Shown here: positions 57,053-64,000 of the stretch, one piece after another
Position numbering within the stretch: the stretch's first letter is position 1
Layout: the number at the start of each line of letters is the position of its first letter
Source of the DNA: an uncultured Thermoleophilia bacterium
GTDB taxonomy: Bacteria; Actinomycetota; Thermoleophilia; Gaiellales; Gaiellaceae
DNA: 64,000 bases
Assembly (NCBI GenBank): GCA_963797125.1
Contig: CAWCOI010000005.1
Span: 177,598 to 241,597, forward strand
Reading direction: 5' to 3'
Notes under the pieces: generated by a model
What the model was told of the DNA's origin: nothing
What the model saw: only the letters and a program-made list of their open reading frames with translations
The model's database searches: none
Program-made: the position numbers and the translations under genes

Positions 57053-57150
57053 AAGGCGGGGCGAATACTAGTCGAGCGCTCTGCGGCAGCGGCTCCGGTG
57101 CGGCTCGCGAGGACCTCGCAGCTCACGCGACGGCCGGGACCGCTTCAATG

Positions 57151-57456
57151 GACGCCGTGGCAACGGGGTTCGTCGGCATCTACTCGTTCGAGCTCCTCTT
57201 TCCCGAGAGCCATTCCCTGAAGGAGAAGCGCATGCACCTGCGATCCGTGAAGGCACAGCTGACCAACCGGGTCGCGTGCTCGATCGCGGAGGTCGACCAT
57301 CACGACGTCTGGCAGCGGTCCCGTCTGACGCTCGCCTGCGTGGCGCGCGAGGCGGGCGAGGCCGATCGCCTTCTCGACACCGCCGAGCGCTGGCTCGCGG
57401 GCCAGGAGTTCGAGTTGCTCGCCCACGAGCGCGAGCTGGTGTCGCTCGATGACTAG
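57151..57456 (+). CDS. DUF503 (YlxP-like) protein
   Basis: 101 aa; GFVGIYSFELLFPESHSLKEKR. This family normally sits between infB and rbfA. Confidence 0.85.
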   Translation, partial: DAVATGFVGIYSFELLFPESHSLKEKRMHLRSVKAQLTNRVACSIAEVDHHDVWQRSRLTLACVAREAGEADRLLDTAERWLAGQEFELLAHERELVSLDD

Positions 57457-57857
57457 GCGCACGACGCGCTCTCCGCGGATGCGGCGGGTCGACGAGGCGA
57501 TCAAGGCGGTCGTCTCGGAGACGATCCCGACGCTCAAGGATCCGCGAATCGGGTTCGTCACCGTGACAGGCGTCGTGACGACCTCCGATCTCGCGCAGGC
57601 GACGGTGTGGCTGAGCGTCTACGGCGGCGAGAAGCGACGGCTCGGGACGCTCGCCGCGCTCGAGGGGGCGGCCGGGCATCCTGCAGGCGCGCGTCAACAG
57701 CCAGCTCCATCTCCGCCGAACGCCGCAGCTGCTGTTCGAATACGATCAGTCCGTCGAGCACGGCGTCCGGATGACGAAGTTGATCGACGACCTCGACCCC
57801 GGCCCCGAGATCCCCGACGTACCCGAAGAGACGATCGATGAGCCAGACGACGACTGA
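57449..57857 (+). CDS. rbfA: ribosome-binding factor A (one frameshift near 57680)
   Basis: RVDEAIKAVVSETI..DPRIGFVTVTGV; the C-terminal about 60 aa are in the +1 frame. Confidence 0.9.
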
Positions 57858-57858
57858 C

Positions 57859-58848
57859 ATGGACGCGGTCGCCGACGCGCTTGCGCGTCGGTGATCGCTT
57901 CCTCGTCACCTCGCACGAGAACCCCGACGGCGACGCGCTCGGATCGCTCGCTCGCGATGCATCTCGCGCTCGTCGAGCTCGGCAAGGACAGCGTCATGGT
58001 GCATGGCAGGAGCGGCGCCGCTGCCCGCCGAGTACTCGTTTCTCGACGCTGGGCGGCCACGGGCTTCTGCGCGACGTCCCCTGCGACGCCGCCGAGCGGA
58101 TTCTCGTTGCGGTCGACTGCGCGCAGGAGACGCGGCTGACGGACGATCGCCTGCTCGATGCGCCGACCGTCGTCAACGTCGACCACCACCACGACAACAC
58201 GCGCTTCGGCACCGCCAACCTCGTGGTGGGGGAGGCATCGTCGACGGCGGAGGTTCTCGCCGACGTGTTCGCCGGGCTCGGCGTCGTGCTGACGCCGGCG
58301 ATCGCCGAGGCGCTCTACGCCGGGCTCGTGACAGACACCGGCCGGTTCCAGTACTCGAACACGACGCCGAAGGCGCTGCGCCTGGCGGCTGACCTGCGTC
58401 GAGGCGGGCGCCGACATCCAGCGGATCTTCCAGGGCGTGTACGAGTCGATGCAGTTCGCCGAAGATGAAGCTGCTAGGCCGCGCGCTCGATCGGGCGGCG
58501 CTGTACGAGGACGGCCGGGTCGTCGTCTCGTATCTTCTCCGCGGCGACTTCGGTGAGGTCGGCGCGGTCGAGCCGTACTCGGAGGGCATCATCGACGTGC
58601 TCCGCGCCGTCGAGGGCGCCGAGCTCGCAGCGTTGATCCGCGAGCCGCCGCGCGACGGCAGGCCGACGCGCAAGATCTCTCTGCGCTCGTCGACCGACCG
58701 CGTGGACGTCTCGGCGATCGCGCGCAAGTCCGGCGGCGGCGGTCACCGGCAGGCGGCCGGGTTCTCGAGCGATCTGTCCGATCGAGGAGATCACCGCCTT
58801 CATCGTCGTCCGAGTACGCGGCCCTTCCCGCAGCCGCGAGTCTGAGTA
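57859..58848 (+). CDS. nrnA: bifunctional oligoribonuclease/pAp phosphatase NrnA (DHH-DHHA1; at least 3 frameshifts)
   Basis: DHH motif SHENPDGDALGS, DHH core VNVDHHHDN and DHHA1 motif GGGHRQAAGF across three frames. Confidence 0.85.
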
Positions 58849-58860
58849 GCGCGCCGCGGC

Positions 58861-59743
58861 ATGGCGATTCCCAAGGCGCTCGAGCCGACCGGCGTGATCC
58901 TCGTCGACAAGCCGGCAGGGCCGTCGTCGTTCGCGGTGCTTGCCGGGAGTGCGCTCGCGAACGCGGGCGAAGACGGGGCATGCCGGCACGCTCGATCCGT
59001 TCGCCACGGGCCTCTTGATTCTGTTGTCCGGTAGGGCAACTACAATGGCCTCATGCTTTGTCGGACTGCCGAAGCGCTACCTCACGGACGTCGATCTCTC
59101 GCGCCGGACGACGACGGGCGATCCCGAGGGCGAGTCCCTCGACGCGCACGAGCCGCCGACCGCCGCGGAGCTCGAAGCCGCGCTCGAGGGCCTCCGGGGC
59201 GAGATCGAGCTTCCGATCCCGACGGCATCCGCCGTCAAGATCGGAGGCGAGCGCGCCTACAAGCTGCACCGGCAGGGCGTTGTGGTCGACATGCCTCTCC
59301 GGCGCTCGCAGGTCGACGCGCTCGACGTCATCGCCTATAGCGAGGGCATCGCGAGACTCGATCTGCGTGTCAGCTCCGGCACGTACGTGAGGTCGATCGC
59401 CGATGCGCTCGGTGGCCACTGTGTCTCGCTGCGGCGAACGGAAGTCGGGCCGTTCACCGTCGAGGAGGCAGACGCCGAGCGTGTGCTTCCGCTCGACGAG
59501 ACGCTCGGGCGGATCGGGCTCACGATCGCCGAGGCGGAGGCCGAGCGGCAGCGCAAGGCGCGCTCCGATCGCGCGGCGCAGGAGGCGCGGCAATCCGCGG
59601 AGGCCGATGCGGAGGCCGGCGCGACGGCGGGGCCGGGCGGCGCGGAGGCAACCCGCACGAGCGAGTCGGCCGGCGGCGAGCTCACCTCGGATGAGGGCGG
59701 GACAGCCGTCGAGAGCAGCGTGCCCGGAATGGGCGTCGAGTGA
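58861..59743 (+). CDS. truB: tRNA pseudouridine(55) synthase (one frameshift near 58930)
   Basis: VILVDKPAGPSSF then catalytic GHAGTLDPFATGLLILL in the second frame. Confidence 0.9.
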
Positions 59744-60617
59744 GAATCGCCCACGCACCGGGTCAGCTCGAGCGCCAGCCGCGAGCGGTCGCGATCGGCA
59801 CCTTCGACGGCGTCCACCGCGGCCACCTGAGCGTCATCCAGGCGGCGATCGACTCTGGCCTCGCGCCGACGGTGATCACCTTCGATCCCCACCCGCGGGT
59901 GGCGTTCGGCAACGAGGTCGAGCTGATCACGACTCTCGAGCGACGGCTGGAGCTGTTCGCGGCACGCGGGCATCGAGACGACGCTTGTGGCGCCGTTCAC
60001 CTCGGAGCTGATGGTGCTCGAGCCCGAGACGTTCGCCGAGCGCTACCTCAGCGCGATCGGCGCGACGGCGATCGCGGCCGGTCCGAACTTCCGCTTCGGC
60101 GCGAAACGTCGCGGCGATCGCGACCTGCTCGGGCGACTCGGCTTCGAGATCCTGGACGTCACGCACGTGCCCGGCGTCTCGTCGTCCGCGATTCGCCAGG
60201 CGCTCCGCGAGGGCGATGTCGGCGCGGCGGCGGCGCATCTGGGGCGCCCGTTCGAGCTCGACGGGATCGTCGTCGCCGGCGACCAGCGTGGGGGCACGCT
60301 CGGCTATCCGACGGCGAACCTCGCGCTCGAGCCGCGGCTCGCCTGCCCGGCTTACGGCATCTACGCCGGCTCGGCGCTCGATCATCGCGCCGCGATCTCG
60401 ATCGGGACGAATCCGCACTACGGTGGTCTGGAGCGCCGGATCGAGCCGTTCCTGCTCGACTTCGACGGCGATCTCTACGGCAAGCGGCTCATCGTCGAGG
60501 TGTGGGAGCGACTCCGCGACGAGGCGGTGTTCGAGTCCGAGCAGGACCTGATCGCGCAGATCGGCCGCGATGTCGATGCGACACGCGCCGCACGTGCGAC
60601 CCGTGGCACCCGCCTGA
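59740..60617 (+). CDS. ribF: bifunctional riboflavin kinase/FAD synthetase (frameshift near 59970; 3' end uncertain, 60617 or 60754)
   Basis: FMN-adenylyltransferase motif IGTFDGVHRGH and kinase motif GDQRGGTLGYPTANL. GTG overlaps the truB stop. Confidence 0.85.
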
Positions 60618-60657
60618 TCCTCACGCGCGCCGCTCAGCACGGCAGAGGACTCGCGAG

Positions 60658-61622
60658 TCAGGACGCAAGCGCCGCAGGATTCGCGACGCCGACGGGGGCC
60701 CCGGCAGCAAAGGCGTTCACCTGCGCGAACGCCTCTCCGAAGTACAGCTCGTAGGTCTCCCACGTCACGTACCCGAGGTGAGGCGTTGCGAGCACCGCGT
60801 CGCTCTGAGACGAGCGGGTCGCCCGTGGCCGGCTCCTCGTCGAACACGTCGACAGCCGCGCTTCCCGGCCGGCCCGCCTCGAGCGCCCGCAGCGAGGGCA
60901 CCCTCCTCGACCAGGCCGGCCCGCGCCGTGTTGACGAACAGAGCATCGGGCTTCATCAGCCCGAGATGCCGGGCCGTGACGAGGCCGCGCGTCTCCGGAG
61001 ACAGCTTCAGATGCACGCTGACGACGTCCGACCGCCCGCACAGCGCGTCGAGATCAGGCTCGGCCTCGTAGCCGTCCGCTTGCGCCCGCTCGAGCGAGCC
61101 CTGACGCCCCCAGGCGACCACGTCCATGCCGAGCGAGCGTCCGTAGCCGGCGACGAGCGCACCGATGTTCCCGTAGCCGATGATCCCGAGCGTGCGGCCA
61201 TGCAGCTCCCGGCCGACCGTCGTCTGCCACGTCCCGGAGCGCAATGCGACGGCGTCGGCCACGACGCGGCGCGTCGAGGCCAGGATCAGCGCCAGGGTGA
61301 GCTCGGCCGGCGCGAACGCGGAGCCCCCGCCGGTGCAGACGACGATGCCGCGGCGCGTGCACTCCTCGACGTCGATGTGGGGCATTCCGCGCCCGGTCTG
61401 GCAGATCAGCTTCAGGTCGGGGAGGAGCGCCAGCAACGGCGCGTCGACAGGCGTCCGCTCGCGGATCAGGACGAGCGCCTCGGCGTCACCGATCTGCGCC
61501 GCGCGCTCGGCGACCGTCGTCGGTCGCTCGGAATGCACGACCAGCTCGTGGCCGCGGAGGAGCGCAACCGCTTCGAGGCGTTCGACCGCCCGCTGGTAGT
61601 CCTCCATCACGACGACGCGCAT
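60658..61622 (-). CDS. D-isomer-specific 2-hydroxyacid dehydrogenase (2 frameshifts)
   Basis: NAD-binding GIIGYGNIG, catalytic region and the C-terminal DAVLATPHLGYVTWETYE in separate frames. Confidence 0.8.
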
Positions 61623-61652
61623 CCCGCGAGCCTAGAGGCTTGGTGCGTATCG

Positions 61653-61771
61653 GGAGTGCGTTTGGGGTGGTTCCGCACCAAGGAGCGTGTTCGACGAGGA
61701 GGTCGTCGAGGCTGGTCGGTCTTCATGATCTTTTCCGCAGACCCGATCTGCAGCATCCCGGGCAGCATCCG
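61653..61771. repeat. copy B of the roughly 125 bp dispersed repeat (copy A at 7951-8078)
   Basis: See copy A. Lies between the divergent 2-hydroxyacid dehydrogenase start (61622) and rpsO (61942). Confidence 0.5.
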
Positions 61772-61941
61772 GACGTGCCTCAAATTCCCATCGGGTCTCC
61801 CGGCGTGGAGCGGTCCAATGGGACCCGAAACGAGCCTCGATCCCGCATGGATGCTACGATCCCGGCTGACCCTCTCTCGGCCGGACGTGTCTTCCTTCAC
61901 GCCGTGCTGAGAGTGCGGAGACATCGACGTAAGGAGGCACC

Positions 61942-62211
61942 ATGGCCCTCACCAAGGAAGTCAAGCAGGAGCTGATCGACAAGCACGGTCGCGCGTCGAC
62001 CGACACGGGCTCGCCCGAGGTGCAGGTCGCGATGCTGACGAAGCGCATCAACGACCTCACCGAGCACCTGCGGACGCACTCCAAGGACCACAACTCGAGG
62101 CGCGGCCTGCTGAAGCTCGTCGGGCGCCGGCGCCGCTTCCTCACCTACATGCAGAAGCACGACCTCGAGGGCTATCGCGCCCTCATCAAGGAACTGGGCC
62201 TGCGCCGCTAG
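61942..62211 (+). CDS. rpsO: 30S ribosomal protein S15
   Basis: 89 aa, canonical S15 sequence ([12 protein letters not shown] ... [11 protein letters not shown]). Confidence 0.97.
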   Translation: MALTKEVKQELIDKHGRASTDTGSPEVQVAMLTKRINDLTEHLRTHSKDHNSRRGLLKLVGRRRRFLTYMQKHDLEGYRALIKELGLRR

Positions 62212-62219
62212 GCGCACGT

Positions 62220-62245
62220 CCCACCGGCGGAAGGTGGGTGTTTGA
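62220..62245 (+). terminator. rpsO terminator/attenuator hairpin (CCCACC-GGCGGAA-GGTGGG then TGTTTG)
   Basis: Stem-loop 9 nt after the rpsO stop. A downstream CCTCCACCTTCC segment can pair with the same arm, an alternative structure typical of pnp leaders. Confidence 0.55.
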
Positions 62246-62336
62246 TCGAGTCGCGCAGCGTTGCCGGGCACGAGGGCGCGATTGGCTCAAACCTCCACCT
62301 TCCGAATCAAGAAGAAGAGTGAAGGGAACACACATA

Positions 62337-64000
62337 TGAGCATCGCAACCGGGCGTCAAGCCACGGTGTCGGTCGAGATCGGTGGTCGCGAGATCACGTT
62401 CGAGACCGGCAAGCTCGCCAAGCAGGCCGACGGCGCAGTCGTCGTCCGCTCTGGCGACACGATGATCCTCGCGACGGCCGTCGGCCGGCAGGAGGCCCGC
62501 CCCGATGCGGACTTCTTCCCGCTGACGATCGACGTCGAGGAGCGCATGTACGCCGCCGGGAAGATCCCGGGCGGCTTTTTCAAGCGCGAGGGGAAGGCGT
62601 CAGAGCGCGCCACCCTCACCGCACGCATGATCGATCGCCCGATCCGGCCGCTGTGGCCGAAGGGCTTCCGCAACGAGGTGCAGGTGATCTGCACCGTCCT
62701 CTCCGCGGACATGGTTCATGGCCACGACGTCCTCTGCATCAACGGCGCCTCTGCCGCGCTCGCGATCTCGGCGTTGCCGTTCCTCGGCCCGGTAGGCGCT
62801 GTTCGCGTCGCCCGGATCGACGGCGAGTTCGTCGTCAATCCGACGCTGCAGGAGGCGGACGAGGACTCCGACCTCGACCTGATCGTGGTCGGCACGCGTG
62901 ACGCGCTGACGATGATCGAAGCCGGCGCCGACGAGATTCCCGAGGATGTAATGTTGCTCGCGTTCGAGATCGCGCATACCGAGATCAAGCGCATCTGCGA
63001 CGTGATCGACGACCTCCGCAATCAGGTCGGCAAGCCGAAGTGGGTCGACCCGGCCCTGACGGCCGAGCTCGAGGGCGCGCACGGCGACGCGATCTGGCAG
63101 CGGATCCAGGAGCAAGGCCTCAAGGCGGCCGGCTCGATCGTCGAGGAGATCACCGCCGAGGTGTGCCCCGACATCACGCTCGACTCGACCGAGGACGACA
63201 TCGTCAAGGAGATGCAGGTCAAGGCGGGGCTCGCCCTGATCCTCGACAAGCAGCGCCTCGTCGCCGTCGAAGGCCCGGTGCGCGAGCAGTTCGAGAGCGG
63301 CCTGCGGGAGCTGACCGACGCCGAGCAGGACTCGAAGGAGCTCAAGTCCCGCAAGCGCGGCATCCTCTACGACAGCATCATCGAAGGCGTCCAGCTTCCG
63401 TTCCCCTCCGGCGACGGCGAGTCGGAAGGCAAGGACGCATTCACCAAGACGTGGGTCAAGAAGGCGGCCGACGCGGTCTACAAGGACCTCGTGCGGAAGA
63501 AGATCGCCGTCGACAAGCGCCGTCCGGACGGCCGCGGCACGGAAGAGATCCGGCCGATCAGCGTCGAGGTCGGGTTCGCCCCGCGGACGCACGGCTCGGG
63601 GCTCTTCACCCGTGGCGAGACGCAGATTCTGACGCTCTGCACGCTCGGCACCGCCAAGGAAGGCCAGCGGATCGACGACCTCTCGCTCGAGAACGATCGC
63701 CGCTACATCCACCACTACAACTTCCCGCCCTACTCGGTCGGTGAGACCGGGTTCATGCGGGGGCCGAAGCGTCGCGACATCGGCCACGGCGCGCTTGCAC
63801 AGAGGGCGCTCCAGGCGGTGCTCCCGGCGATGGAGGACTTCCCGTATACGATCCGCCTCGTCTCGGAGACGCTCGAGTCGAACGGCTCGTCGTCGATGGG
63901 TTCGGTCTGCGGCTCGACGATGTCGATGATGGACGCCGGCGTGCCGATCAAGGCGCCGGTCTCGGGCATCGCCATGGGCCTCGTCAAGGAGGGCGACGAC
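62337..64000 (+). CDS. pnp: polyribonucleotide nucleotidyltransferase (PNPase), 5' partial (runs off the window)
   Basis: [37 protein letters not shown].. two RNase PH domains, still open at 64000. Absent from the ORF track because there is no stop. Confidence 0.97.

Overview
High-GC (about 70%) chromosomal segment with Actinomycetota-like gene order. It carries a conserved housekeeping backbone with accessory insertions between core blocks. I found about 70 protein-coding genes and no rRNA, tRNA or CRISPR.

Backbone and accessory genes:
- Housekeeping backbone: pyrG at the 5' end; mutM, recO, glyQS, dtd; and the rimP-nusA-ylxR-infB ... DUF503-rbfA-nrnA-truB-ribF-rpsO-pnp translation/ribosome-maturation cluster.
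- Accessory metabolism: ald, deoB/deoA, the modABC molybdate importer plus mop, ppsR/ppdK, photolyase, and several NUDIX, GNAT, VOC and M20 enzymes.

Notable features:
- A LexA/SOS box sits in front of an imuB-dnaE2 (error-prone polymerase) cassette. The cassette is interrupted by a repeat-rich insertion that separates the ImuB C-terminal domain onto its own ORF and carries an antisense TfoX_N-domain gene.
- A giant membrane receptor combines an adenylate cyclase, a transmembrane segment, a YVTN beta-propeller and a family-5 solute-binding domain.
- A 7.4 kb, mostly reverse-strand island splits the normally contiguous infB-rbfA operon.
- Two TsaA/TrmO-like paralogues flank a PadR regulator and have unusual fusions: one to a CBS pair, one apparently to PadR itself.
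- A roughly 125 bp repeat is present twice.
- A family of GGCTTCAGCC hairpin elements recurs.

Data quality: about 35 single-nucleotide frameshifts affect roughly half of the genes, concentrated in accessory, repair and transport genes. Large essential genes (pyrG, glyQS, gspE, nusA, infB) are intact. All coordinates of frameshifted genes are therefore approximate, and many 'pseudogenes' may be assembly indels.
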